From contig OZ360223.1 of assembly GCA_977017645.1 (NCBI GenBank), forward strand, positions 37,572,001-37,636,000: 64,000 nt of DNA, read 5' to 3'. Numbering within the stretch: position 1 is the stretch's first letter; each line of letters opens with the position of its first letter. The notes under the pieces are model-generated. The model had not been told where the DNA came from and searched no databases. It worked only from the letters and a program-made list of their open reading frames with translations. The translations under genes were made by a program, and so were the position numbers. This DNA comes from Torpedo marmorata. Lineage: Eukaryota. Shown piece after piece: positions 11,770 through 24,989 of this stretch.

Positions 11770-13803
11770 ATGCGGCTATCGTGGCTGACAAGGGAAGTCA
11801 AGGACAGTATAAAAATAAAAGAGAAGTATAACACAGCAAGGAAGAGCGGGAAGCCAGAGGATTGGGAAACTTTTAAAGAGCAACAGAAGATAACTAAAAA
11901 GGCAATACGGGGAGAAAAGATGAGGTACGAAGGTAGGCTAGCCAAGAATATAAAGGAGGATAGTAAAAGCTTCTTTAGGTATGTGAAGAGGAAAAAATTA
12001 GTTAAGATCAAAGTTGGGCACTTGAAGACAGAAACGGGTGAAATTATTATGGGGAACAAGGAAGTGACAGAAGAGTTGAACAGGTACTTTGGATCTGTCT
12101 TCACGAGGGAAGACACAAACAACCTCCCAGATGTAATAGTGGACAGAGGACCTAGGGTAACGGAGGAACTGAAGGAAATTCACATTAGGCAGAAAATGGT
12201 TATGGGTAGACTGATGGGACTGAAGGCTGATAAATCCCCAGGGCCTGATGGTCTGCATCCCAGGGTACTTAGAGGTGGCTCTAGAAATCGTGGACGCATT
12301 GGTAATCATTTTCCAATGTTCTATAGATTCAGGATCAGTTTCTGCGGATTGGAGGGTAGCTAATGTTATCCCACTTTTTAAGAAAGAAGGGAGAGAGAAA
12401 ATAGGGAATTATAGACCAGTTAGCCTGACATCAGTGGTGGGGAAGATGCTGGAGGCAATTATAAAAGATGAAATAGCAGCACATTTGGATAGCAGTAACA
12501 GGATCGGTCCAAGTCAGCATGGATTTACGAAGGGGAAATCATGTTTGACTAATCTTCTGAAATTTTTTGAGGATGTAACTATGAAAATGGACAAGGGAGA
12601 GCCAGTTGATGTAGTGTACCTGGACTTTCGGAAAGCCTTTGATAAGGTCCCACATAGGAGATTAATGGGCAAAATTAGAGCACATGGTATTGGGGGTAGG
12701 GTACTGACATGGATATAAAATTGGTTGGCAGACAGGAAACAAAGAGTAGGGATAAACGGGTCCCTTTCAGAATGGCAGGCAGTGACTAGTGGGGTACCGC
12801 AAGGCTCGGTGCTGGGACCGCAGCTATTTACAATATACATTAATGATTTAGATGAAGGGATTAAAAGTAACATTAGCAAATTTGCAGATGACATGAAGCT
12901 GGGTGGCAGTGTGAAATGTGAGGAGGATGTTATGAGAATGCAGGGGGACTTGGACAGGTTGGGTGAGTGGGCAGATGCATGGCAGATGCAGTTTAATGTG
13001 AATAAATGTGAGGTTATCCACTTTGGTGGCAAGAACAGGGAGTCGGATTACTATCTGAATGGTGTCAAGTTAGGAAAAGGGGAAATACAACGAGATCTAG
13101 GTGTCGTTGTTCATCAGTCAATGAAAGTAAGCATGCAGGAACAGCAGACAGTGAAGAAGGCTAATGGCATGTTGGCCTTCATAACAAGGGGGGTTGAGTA
13201 TAGGGGCAGGGAGGTCCTTCTGCAGTTGTACAGGGCCCTGGTGAGACCACACCTGGAGTATTGTGTGCAGTTTTGGTCTCCAGGTTTGAGGAAAGATATT
13301 CTTGCTATCGAGGGAGTGCAGCGTAGGCTCACGAGGTTGATTCCCGGGATAGCGGGACTGTCATATGTGGAAAGATAGGTGCGTTTGGGCTTGTATACAC
13401 TGGAATTTAGAAGGATGAGAGGGGATCTGATTGAAACATATAAGATTATTAAGGGATTGGACACACTAAAGGCAGGAACCATGTTCCCGATGTTGGGAGA
13501 GTCGAGAACCAGAGGCCACAGTTTAAGAATAAGGGGTAGGCCATTTAGAATGGAGATGAGAAAAAACTTTTTCACCCAGAGAGTTGTGGATCTGTGGAAT
13601 GCTCTGTCTCAGAAGGCAGTGGAGGCCAATTCTCTGGATGCTTTCAAGAAAGAGTTAGATCGAGCTCTTAAGGATAATGGAGTCAAGGGATATGGGGAGA
13701 TGGCAGGAACGGGGTACTGATAGTGGATGATCAGCCATGATCACAATGAATGGCGGTACTGGCTCGATGGGCCGAATGGCCTACTCCTGCACCTATTGTC
13801 TAT
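11770..13803 (+). mobile_element. CR1-type LINE ORF2 (RT), frameshifted, with 3' tail
   Basis: Consecutive ORFs 11770-13720 carry KSPGPDG, NYRPVSLTS, YLDFRKAFDKVPH, GVPQGSVLGP, KFADD and LYRALVRPHLEYC. Confidence 0.95.
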
Positions 13804-16479
13804 AATGATTAGGATTGATGCAGGCAGTTTTCTTGAGTAGATATTGGAACAATTAAGAACTATTCTTGTATGTAGGAACATAGGAGGTCAAAACTTCCAT
13901 TGAAAAATGTTACAATGTCTTTTGCATACCTCTTGTTGCAATATGCTTTGGGAACCCACAATCACCTTGCAAGCTGGATGGATTCTAATGTAATGTTTTT
14001 GACAGAATGTTCCTGTTTTTTTAAAGTCAATCACAATAATCTGACCTCGCCAACAAAGTGAGCCTTACTCTATTCATTGTCTTTACATTTATTCAATTTA
14101 TTGCTGGAATTCTGTATTATTTGTTTGTGTTTAGAAGTCAGTGCAGGGCAACAATGCCATGGGTTATTTTGTATTCCTCTAAAGAGGTTTGGTCTCAGTT
14201 TAACATGTCATTTGAAAATCAATATGCCTGATTCAATACCAATCTTAGTACTAACAGACAAGAATGCTACCAAAAGATTGGGGTAATTCAAGTTTCAGCA
14301 CAATTTTTATTGGTTATTTTCTTCATTTGCATTTAAATGTGCAATAGATATTGAATATGCAAAGGAATAATTGTCCAATAGGTGGAAAATGAAATTGGCA
14401 TATCAAAATCGAATTATCTGGCAGATTTTCAAAATACATTGTTTAATAGAGCTAAATCTGATTGACATTACCCTTTTGATGCACTTGTTATCAATATTTG
14501 AGATTCAAACATCAGTTGTGCTGTTGGATGAACTTGGAATTGTCACAGGGATTTTGGTTTTCAGATTATGACAATGCAATAATACTCTGCAAATCTAAGG
14601 AAAGACTGAACAACAGTTCCTTGGGTATAGTAAACTGGTTCCCTGAGCTACAGAGGAGCTTTGAATTTTCAGCATAGGATAAGGTCATTTGGTCCTTTGG
14701 ATCTATAATATTTATGCTAAACACATTGCTTTCCAATAGAAGGATTGCTTCTGCAATTTAAGTTCTGATCTTACCTTAAAATACAACACAAGGAAGCTAC
14801 ATTTCCTTGTGCTAAATTTCAAATGTTGGGTTATATTTTGTGGCCTTGAGAAAAAGCTCCACCATCACTAGAAGTGAAAGCAAGAGAGGCTAACTGTTTT
14901 TGGCAGAATTTATCTACAATTTTTAATAATTGTAAATTAGCCCTTGGGTAACTAAAATTGCACGTTTAAGAAAGTGGAGTTTTGTTTGCATTGATATACG
15001 AGAACTCAACAGCATGAAACTCATCCTTATTCAATTTGAAGACCTTCTGAATCGATAAAATGACCATTTAACTTTTCTGCAAAACCTTGTCAAGAACCAA
15101 TAGCATGGTATCCATATCAAATCCTTTGCATATTTTACAGGCTATTCTTCCTTCTGCCCCCCCCCCACCCCCAATACCTCTCTCCCAGATGGAGTCCCTT
15201 CTGTCTCTTCCCCTGCATGTTGCTCAATCATTATAATTAAGGTTAGTTTCTAAGATATGTCCAGTGATATGACTTTTCATAGGGAGACCTACATTTCCTA
15301 TTATCTGAAACTTGCACTTAAATTATACTGTGAAAGACCATATGATTAAGTATAACCCAAATCATGTGAATTTCGCAAAGTCATTCACCATGTCATTAAG
15401 CTGTATAATTGGGCTTAAAATAGTTGCTAATTTTCCATTTGGATAAAATAAAGCAGACTATCAATGAATATTAACAATACAGATAATCACCTCAAGGTTT
15501 CTTTGGAAAGTAAAATGATTTGAATCCTTTTAAGGATTTAGTTTGAAAACCTTTATCAATATGTTTGCATTTTCAGGGGAACAGGAGATAATGGCACATT
15601 ACTGTTCTCACAGGTTAACAGCTTTCTCTGAAAATGGATCTACTTTTGCAAGATATGCCAATTAATCAACATAATCATTGAGAAAGATTTCAGACTTGCA
15701 TGGATATGCAATTATTATTTGGCAGTGCTCAAACAACAAAATGAATTTGCAAGGTTTAACAGTAAAAACCTTGTATTATGCAGTTGACAATACAATAAGA
15801 AAGTTTTCAATCCCAAATCTTGAAATTTTCTTAAATTAGTTTCTCACTCATGATCAAAAGTTGAACTGCACCTTTAAAAGACTGTTAAACGTGTTCAATT
15901 TCGTTTCTCACATGGAGACCTAGTAACAATTCAATATAAGATATTTAAAAGTATGAAGCAGTTTTGATTATCAATTTTTCATGAGCTAATTTGCTGGGAA
16001 ATATGGGCTTGATTTTAAATTAATTTTGAACATCACTGGATTGATTATGAAAATTTCTGAATTGCTTTGCATTGTTGGATTCATTCATTAGTTTGACTAC
16101 CATCTCAAACAATTACAAGAATTTGTCAGCTGTTACTGCGACCTTTTCCTATAACAATGCAGGTAGCCTTGTTTCAAATGAGCATTCATATCTTCTGCAA
16201 AATAGAGACAACATTTTGATCAGATTTCAACTTATTTTATGTGATAAACAGCAAAGCTTTAACAAAAAACAACTGAGTATAAAATAAATGTACAGCAAGT
16301 GAAACTATAAATGTACAATTTTGAAGTTATGCTCCCAGCAGCCATCTCTGTTCATCTTTGCTTGGAACTCCAAAAGTATTGCTTAAGGAGGACTGGAATT
16401 ACAACTACAGCATCATCCATATGATTTTTTTTATTTTTTTTATAAAAGAGTGCTGAGGAATGACCTTGAAAGGGGAGAT

Positions 16480-16830
16480 ATGGAACATTTAATCACATCG
16501 CCAATATTGAGCCCCTATTACACACAGCTCGTGGTTAGCATGCCCAACATTAGACTCCTGAAACAATTCTTTATTCTAACCAATGTCATGAGAAGGGATT
16601 AATAGGTGGAGATGGAAAAGATTCAATGTATGCTCAAAACATCCTTGAAGAGGAGCAATTTCCACCTTACTCCTAGAATTTCTGCCTCAACTGCTCAAAA
16701 TTGAGAAGGAGCTTTCAGGATGGTATTGAGAATATCAAGGTTATGCATAGGATGTGAAAATCCTCTGCATAAGTGGGGATAGGAATGGACCATCTTACAA
16801 ACGGTCATCTGTTCCCTCTGTCAGCCACAA
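16480..16830 (+). mobile_element. Degraded RTE-like LINE fragment
   Basis: atgcccaacattagactcctgaaacaattctttattct resembles the RTE C-terminal motif MPDxRLPKQxLY; heavily decayed. Confidence 0.4.
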
Positions 16831-17849
16831 CCTGTACCATTTATGGAAGGTTGTGGTTCCAACATTGGCCTCATTTAGCAATCCCAGAACTCAAACCTGG
16901 AGCAGAAACAAGTCTTCATACATTCCAAAGGAGTTCCTAAGAAGGAGAAATTCCAATTGAGGGCAATTCCAGAGCTTGGGAGCATTCACACATGATCCCT
17001 ATTAATCAAATAGGAAAGGCAGAACAAAATTCTTTACCCTGAGAGTTGTTGGAGTGTGGAATGAGGTACCAGAAGGAGTAATCATGATTAGCTAAAATGA
17101 CGTTTTGGAAAAACCACATGTGAAGAAGACATTGATTTGATGAGATGAAGAAAGGAATGGATTTTCAAAGTTGTAGGGTCAAATGATCTGTTTCTGTGCT
17201 GTAAATTCTCTGGGCCACTCACAGATATATATACCTGAACTCGTGCACCATGTCAAACATTACATTTCTAAATATTGTGGTTTCATTTAAAATCACGTTG
17301 AGTGAATATCTTGGATTTTGCATTGTAGAGTTTTTTGTTGGTATGAGCTTATTGTTTACAAGTGTTTTGCTGCTTTATAGGAATCCAATTGACTTTGCGA
17401 AGCAAGCTATGAAGTGGCCAATAATATTTTTCCATTTATTATTTCTAGAAAGGATCTGCAGTTTGAACATAACCACACTTTTCTGTCCATTGGTGGACTT
17501 GAACCCCTGTATCTCGTGCATACTGTTTGCATTGAGTGCGACTGGATCAGATACCACAGAGCCAGATATGAAGTTCTCTATACATTAATAGTATTATGAC
17601 TCGCAAAAGACAGTTCATTTGCCACCAAGTTCAGTAAATGCCTAAAGCAGAACTATTATTTAATGGTCAGGATCTTGCGATCAGTGGCAAATATACAGGT
17701 TTTTTTTCTGCCTCTTACCATAAGGCATTTATTCAGTGAAGATTCTCGCACCAACAATAATGTTTCCATCAAGCTGCCTGAGCAGTCAAATGTATTGAAG
17801 AATAAAACACTATGTTGAAACATGCTGTTTTGGTATTGTAGATAGTGAA

Positions 17850-19110
17850 GCCTGTTGCCAAATATTTCAGCAGGATCTTGATCAGTTGGGCAGGGAGGCA
17901 GAGGAATGAATAGTTGATGGAACTTAATACAGAGAAATGTGAGGTGTTTCATTTTGTAAAGTCTTAACATGGGTAGGACCTACACAGTAGCCCTTTTCAC
18001 ATTGGCTAACCGGTAAATTGGCGGTTCAACGAACCGGTTCAAAATGCCGTTTTTGCCGTTCACACTGGACCAATGTTAACCGGTTCTCTGCGCCCTTTCA
18101 CACTCACCACCCAGCATCCCAGAGCAGAGGGGCGCCTATCCTCCACCGGTGACGTCCTGAGTACCCCGTCCCTTAAACACTGGCTAACCGGTATGCCGAT
18201 TCAAAACGAATCGGCGATGATACACCCTCCCTAGGCGGTTCATCCCCGGGGCGATCTGACGCCTGCGTGCTGGTTCGCGAGCGTTCACACTTGCACGTTA
18301 ACCGATAGATTGGCAGTTAATTACTGGGTTAAAGTGCCAGTGTGAATGGGGCTAGTGTATGGTAGGTATATGGGAAGTATTGTCGAGCAGAAGAATTAAG
18401 GAGTATAGGTACCTTGAAAGTGGCATCACAGGTAGAGAGAGTGGTCAAAAAGACATTGGCTTTCATCAGTCAAAGTATTAAGTACAGACGTTGGGTGCTC
18501 ATGTTGCAGTTGTACAAGACATTGGTGAGGCCCCATTTGGAGTATTGTATTCCGTTTCGGTCACTGTGCTGTAAGAAAGAAGTTGTCAAGCTGGAGAGGG
18601 TGCAGGGAAGATTTGTGGGAATATTGCCAGGACTCAGAGGGCATGAGATATAGGGAGAGTTTGAGCAGGACTCAGGGCATGAGATATAGGGAGAGTTTGA
18701 GCAGGACTCTGGGTATGAGATTATAGGGAGACTTTGTGCAGGACTCAGGGCATGAGATATAGGGAGAGGTTGAGCAGGCTAAGGTTTGTGCAGTAGGATG
18801 GGTGATCTCATAGAGGTGTACAAAATTATGCGATGAACAAATCAGGTGAACGCACAGCATCTTTTGCCTGGAGTAGGGGAATCCGTAACCAGAAGATATC
18901 GTTTTTAAGGTGAGGGGGAGAGATTTAATAGGAACCTGAGGAGTATCTTTTTCACACAGAGGGTGGTGGGTGCATGGAACAAGTTGCCAGAGGAGGTGGT
19001 TGAGGCAGGTACTATTGCAATATTTAAGAAATATTTGGATGGATACATGATAGGTTTAGAGGGATATGGCCTTAAATGTAGGTGGGAGGGACATTTTGGT
19101 CAGCATGGGC
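17850..19110 (+). mobile_element. CR1-type LINE 3' fragment, interrupted by a MITE
   Basis: ORFs read LYKTLVRPHLEYC and VGAWNKLPEEVVEAG. A ~36-bp unit (gactcagggcatgagatatagggagagtttgagcag) is tandemly repeated about 4 times at 18630-18780. Confidence 0.85.
17989..18353. mobile_element. PIF/Harbinger-like MITE
   Basis: TIRs AGCCCTTTTCACATTGGC / GCCAGTGTGAATGGGGCT with a 3-bp TSD AGT (17986-17988, 18354-18356). Removing it restores the CR1 sequence. Confidence 0.75.
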
Positions 19111-20583
19111 TGACTTTGACTCTGACAGAATTGAATCAATGTAAAATTAGTATTTTTGGGCAAAGTTTGTTGGAATATTGATGTTAATATCCCTTTTAAA
19201 AAAAAAAAAACAAAAAAAAAACCAAACTCACAATATAGAGTAGACAGTTGAATGCGAGGTAAGGATAAATTAGATTGTTGTGGAGTAGGTTTACATAGGT
19301 CGGCACAACATCGTGGGTTGAAGGGCCTGTGCTGTAATGTTCCATGTTCTAAAACAAACTTTGCTGCAACTAATTTATGCATATTTTAAGTTCTCATCAA
19401 ATCACTGGTTCTGGGTGGAGAAAGCATCACATCCACAGTGGCCAAGCTACAAAATCAGTCTTGACAAATTCAGGATCTCACATGTAGAATTCCAGATGTT
19501 GGTCTTGGTTTCATTTTCTAATGATGCCAAATGCACATAATTTTACCATTGTTGCAAAGGCTAAATCCAGATTTTTTTTTAAAGTACAATGCATTCCATA
19601 TGGTCTCAATGCTTTCTGATGCAGTTTTTAAAAATGTATATTGGCCTGTACTGAGCTGGAATTGAGACAAGTATTGAAAACTCTTTCTTCCACTTCAATC
19701 TCCCTACTTTGTCTTTTCTGCCAACCTGCCTGGCATTCATCAGTTGTACATCTGATTTCTTGTTGATTAAGTTGTGAAAATTGTTCTTGAAAGTTATTAG
19801 TTTAAAATCAGCGATATTTCTTTGCCAGCATAATTTGCTTTCTGGAACCCATTTAAAAGAAAAATAATATTTTGAGTTTGAAGGAAAGGAATCTATTATA
19901 GAAAGTAAATGTTCCCCATAATAGACTTTTGCATTTTTATTATTAATGCAATTTTAAGTTTTAAGATTTCCAACCATTGTGTTGTGACTTTTGCTCATTG
20001 ATATTTAATGGCCACTGACCTGCAGAACAATATATCTTTATAAAAATGAATGTTACAATGTATGTGCAGTCAGACCAATTAAATTAGATTATTCTTAACT
20101 CTGGCAACCTAAATTACCGTAGTCAGTTTGTGGCATTTTATTTTCCCCATTCCTATTTAATTAATGTGAGATTATTTTCCTGGTTGTATTTTTTACAATT
20201 TCAATTTTTGAGAAATTGCATTTCCATTTAAATTTGAAAACATTTAAATCATATTTTCTATGAGACTAGCTATTTTTTTATTAATGGAAGAGAAAAAAAA
20301 CTATGCAACAATATATGCATTTTAACATGGAAAGGAAAACAACCATTATTTGACTTCTTCCAGAGTTCACAGATACAAACTTTGGTGTGGCTGCACAGTG
20401 AATTTCATTAGTTTTTCAAATTGAGTAGCAAGATTAGACTGTTAATTTCTTTATATTTAGACTGCTGAATTTTTAAGCAGTCAAATGAATGACTTTGTAC
20501 TGCATCATCTGACCTTTTCCATTATGGTTGTTTTTAAATAGTTTAAGTCCTAACTCTTCCTGTTCTATCATTTTACTTTGTAG

Positions 20584-20625
20584 GGTCTACTCTGAAACGG
20601 CTATGCCTTGGCAAAGATCGCAGTA
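20584..20625 (+). CDS. WNK2: WNK2 short exon (42 nt, phase 1-1)
   Basis: tttgtag acceptor; encodes (W)STLKRLCLGKDRS, like human WSALKRLCLGKEHS; donor GTAACT; frame-compatible with both neighbours. Confidence 0.85.
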
Positions 20626-20887
20626 GTAACTATCAAGTTTTTGTTCTGTTCTTCTCTATACAGCATGAGCTTTTTTTATATTTGATAGAAATTATTTACT
20701 GTGGAGTTCGTTTTACAATTTAGGTTTGATTGTCACATCACTGGTGAACTATTTGCTTTGCCTCAATACAAGTGCATGTGCTTCTGCTGATGTGTTTGCA
20801 TTATGGATATGTTAATTTAATTTGTCATCGCATTCTACTCTTTACTGATTTCTTCACTTTGTTTTAATGACTATTTATTTGCAGTTA

Positions 20888-21221
20888 CAGTAGAAGTCCA
20901 AAAATCTGGATGCCAGAAATCCGGAACACCTGAGAATCTGGACTTTTCGAAAACACAATCTTTTCAAATTTAGCAGACTTGTGTGCGTGCATGCGTAAAT
21001 GCCACAGATTCACAGCGACAACAAGCGACCATTTTATTTTTCTTTAAAACTGCTCATTTTGATAAATGAAGCATGCTGCATTTGCTAATGAATAAACTAT
21101 CAAAATTTACCTGTTCATCTCTTTATTCCTCTTAAATTTGAATTTTAAAATTACTGCCCGAGAATCCGAAAATTCGGACCCGACCCATCCCCGAGCAGTC
21201 CAGATTTTCGGACTTCTATTG
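20888..21221. mobile_element. Tc1/mariner (Tigger-like) MITE
   Basis: TA|CAGTAGAAGTCCAAAAATCTGGA...TCCAGATTTTCGGACTTCTATTG|TA. Confidence 0.8.
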
Positions 21222-21274
21222 TAAAGTTATATGGTGCTACAAATCAGTACATTTGATTTTTCTTTCCTTCCCAG

Positions 21275-21549
21275 GGTCTGCAAGTAGCAGTAGTACAAAT
21301 CATTCAGTGCAGCAGGTCCTGCCCCAGACCCAGCCTCAGCCCCGAGAGCAGCAGCCACCTCAACAGCACACACAAACCAACAACAGTAACAACAAGAAGG
21401 GAACTTTTACAGATGACCTGCACAAGCTTGTAGATGACTGGACCAAAGAAGCAGTGGGAGCTACACAATTCAAGCCTTCTTTAAATCAATTAAAGCAGAA
21501 CCAACATAGATTTGATATGGAAGTTAGGCAGAAACTCTCCAAGCTTGAT
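21275..21549 (+). CDS. WNK2: WNK2 penultimate coding exon
   Basis: ttcccag acceptor; encodes [27 protein letters not shown], the conserved WNK C-terminal motif; donor GTGAGT. Confidence 0.95.
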
Positions 21550-22041
21550 GTGAGTGAAAGCTTTGTACCTTTATTCCGTGCTGTGAAATGTTTGTAAATA
21601 TTTGACTTAAATTTCAGGCATAAGACATCAAATTTGATTTAATTTTAGAATAGACTTTACAAATGTATTTAAATGATTTATTCTGGGGAGAAAAAAAACA
21701 AAACCTTTTATATTACCTGAATTGTCTGTACTTATTTGCATTTAGTTTCACATTCATTGCACTAACTTAGTTGCTCAGACTATACTTGACCTGGAGCTTG
21801 TCAAACAATGTCAGATCTTTCTGGTTGGGATTTTAACTTTTCATACATGTTTAAAAGACAGTAAAAATATTGATGCACTCTTAATGATAACTAAAAACTT
21901 TGCATTCTGAAAAGTACATTTTACAGAAGACTTGAAGCTGTAGGATATAATCTAGGATATAAACTAGTCTAACTTTACTTTGCCCTTGTCTTTTCTAAAT
22001 GATATATGTATCTTAACCATATTTTATGCTTGTATGTTTTG

Positions 22042-22042
<1 letters not shown>

Positions 22043-22090
<48 letters not shown>
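22043..22090. repeat. (TA)n microsatellite
   Basis: About 24 perfect TA units, ~60 bp upstream of the last WNK2 acceptor. Confidence 0.95.
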
Positions 22091-22091
<1 letters not shown>

Positions 22092-22152
22092 TGGAATTAT
22101 AGCATTATTCTTAGTTTATCAAACAAATTTAAGAACTTTTTTTTCACTTTAG

Positions 22153-22506
22153 CGAATAGCTGCACCAGGGAAGATGAGAAAATGTTCTGTTCCAGTGACA
22201 TGTTCAGCATCAGCTGCTTTACCACCAGGGAAGTCAACAATACCACCAGGAATGTCAGCTACTCCTACTCTTGGTACAGTTCCTGCTTACATGCTGCCTC
22301 TGTGTCAGTATGGTGGAGTGATCCCAACACCACTATATGGTGTACAATGGCAAGGTATCTCAAGATCTACATCACAGCCTGGGATGTTAAATACTCAAGG
22401 AATATCTTCATTTCCATCTTTCAGCAAAGGTGGCCTACAGATGTTTCCAGTACCACTCCAGAAACCTCTTTTAAACCCATCTGGGTCCAACATGAGGACT
22501 ACTTAG
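22153..22506 (+). CDS. WNK2: WNK2 terminal coding exon
   Basis: ctttag acceptor, phase 0; RIAAPGKMRKCSVP...NPSGSNMRTT-TAG. The end resembles the WNK1-type terminus NPPGSNLRTT. Confidence 0.85.
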   Translation, partial: RIAAPGKMRKCSVPVTCSASAALPPGKSTIPPGMSATPTLGTVPAYMLPLCQYGGVIPTPLYGVQWQGISRSTSQPGMLNTQGISSFPSFSKGGLQMFPVPLQKPLLNPSGSNMRTT

Positions 22507-24006
22507 CTTTGTTGTAAACAATCTGAGATAATAAGGGCATGGGGAAAACAATTTTTGAGAATGTTTTATCTAACTGCTTTCTTTATACAGACGGAATTAA
22601 ATAAGATCGTAGCTGAATATTATTGGCAGCCAGAGTGGGCTTGCTACTGCTCATAGCCATACACTACATTGAGCAATCACTGTGAAATATTTTCACAATA
22701 TTGCTGAAAGCTTGATAGTTCTTGGGTGTTCTTGTCTTGCAATTCAGACACTTTATATTTTGCTTTGTATATTTAACACTAAACTAAGTTACATTACTTG
22801 AATGGATATTGAGATATATTTAACCCTGCAGGAGTACAGTGCCTTGATTATGCTTTTCAGTTTTCACTGGAAAGAAATGTTTAGAAGGGTTTTTAAGTTT
22901 CGACTGTAGTCTGTTGGACATGTTTTAGTTTAGTTATGAAAGGCTGGATAGGTAATTTAGCTATCTGCACAAGAACAATGAGTATTTATTTGTTGCTTTA
23001 CTGTCTTTGCCACATGGATAACTAAATGCTGCTAGAATTGTCTCCCTTTCCCAGGGACTTAATATCACATGCATACAAAATGATTTAGCTGCTATTCAAT
23101 CTACTGCTTCTGTAGAATAACTTGATAATTTTGATTCTAAAGTTATTTAGGAGAAAGAAAAAAAAATCTATCTGCTGTGTTTCAGTATCTGCACATATGT
23201 TCATCCATGTTGTGGAATTGTTTTGGAGAAGCACTGAACTTAAGTTTGAATTGCAGATTTACCAATAGTATTAACATGACACAACAATCTGTTTTGTCTT
23301 CCATATTATCTTCTGGTTTTCAAGGATATCATTTATTTATCTTTACCTGACCATGAACAGATTTGACTGGAAGGAATGTACTTCAGAGGTGGCACAGAAT
23401 TTGTTTAGTCAAATTGTACATTACCTGGCATACAGGTTGCAATTTTTAGTATATGTATATTTGGCAAAGGGAATAAATCTGTATTGTTAAGCCTCATGAA
23501 TAGGTAAAATACTAAGTGGAACACTATGGGGCATAAAGGCAAGGCAGACAGATGCAATACTTTACAAATTAAATTTTGAACATCCACTGCTCTGATTTAT
23601 TTCCTGCAATATTTTATATTATATGCTGAAAGGCAGAGATGACTTGTGCTGCCAAGCTGTGAAGAATTGTAACTGTTCTTCTGATTACCAATCTAAATTA
23701 TTTTTGTTTATTTTATACCCTTTAATATTCCATCAATTCGGTTAGAATTGGTATTTTAGAACATTGTGCAGAGTTATCTGCCTTGGCAAAACATTTCTTG
23801 AAGTAAGAGATTTCTGTTCTCTGTTATTTGTATCTTGCGTTTATTTGTGTCTATGTTTCATGAGCAAAAATGGAAAATACAACAATCAGACATCTCAAGC
23901 TTGCACTAAGAACAATTGGATTGCTTTGCTTGTTGGATAGCTTTTCTTTGTTTAACTGACATGGTCAGTGGCACTTAAATCACAGATTGTAACTGTTTAA
24001 GGTATA

Positions 24007-24012
24007 AATAAA
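24007..24012 (+). terminator. Candidate WNK2 polyadenylation signal
   Basis: AATAAA at the end of a ~1.5-kb stretch with no recognisable TE, AT-rich and UTR-like, followed by GU/U-rich sequence. An alternative AATAAA lies at 23472. Confidence 0.5.
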
Positions 24013-24989
24013 ACATATTTTGTGCTTGATTTTCTACATACAATTGTATGTTTTTTTGCGTAACACGACAAAAATCTAATTAAATTATCAATATCCATAG
24101 AAACAGAACATAATTTTCATTTATTATTTTAATTTTTCATAGATTTTGTCAATGATGCAGAGGACTTAATTTTAATTTACGATTTCCCTAATTGCCATGA
24201 GAGTCTGTTCTGCAGCATATTACCAGAGACACATCTACTGGGGAAAAGAAGGGTTTTCTTCACTGTACTTTAACTTTATTAGTTTGATGTTAACAAACCA
24301 AATCCATTTTACGAGTCAATTTTCTCGCTATTACCAGAGTGTAGTGAATTTTTTTTCACAACCTGCCATTATGGTATTTTTAAACTCTCATCCAGTTGTA
24401 TCGAGATAAACACCATAAAATTTGCACTATTGTACACTGTACTTCAACCTTTTATACCAACTTTTTTATGACTTCAGGCTAAACACTAATTTGCACCTAC
24501 TAAAGAAAACCAGCTTCAACAAGCAAGTACCTTGGACCACTTTACAGACATTGACCAAATCAACTTGTGGTAAAGATGGTAGTTAATTTGTACAAAACAA
24601 TAATACACAACAGCAAATAGAATGAGGGGCAAAAAATAAACTATTGGAAGAACTCAGCGGGTTGAATGGCATCTGTGGTCAATGTTTTGGGTTGAGACCT
24701 TGCATCAGGACTGAACTTTTTTTTTTTTTTTTTTTTGCTGCAGCTGCTTGTGTCTCCAACAATTAGAATTGAATCATATTTAATATGCTTTTAGTATTGT
24801 GGAAAATATTTCTCAAAATATCTGAAGAGGATCACGTTCTCACAATTGATCTTTGAAAATCATCGAAACAGTCTGATAAGTCCTTAGTTTTACTATGCGA
24901 TCTGGAAGATGGCACCTCGAACAATCCTCCATTCCTCCTCGTGCAATACAAGTAAATTCAATTATCTGCCTCAACCTTGGAGCACCAGG

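Noticed and set aside
11760-13575. Long antisense ORFs over the CR1
   Set aside because: These are shadow frames commonly open opposite CR1 RT sequence.
21253-21597. Assignment to WNK1 or WNK3/FAM120C instead of WNK2/FAM120A
   Set aside because: The GWTV..ERVTYK and LKRLCLGK exons and the uninterrupted FAM120A-type N-terminus fit the WNK2-FAM120A pair.
22026-22517. 163-aa ORF with a YIYIYI run
   Set aside because: It reads through the (TA)n microsatellite and is a shifted frame of the real WNK2 last exon.
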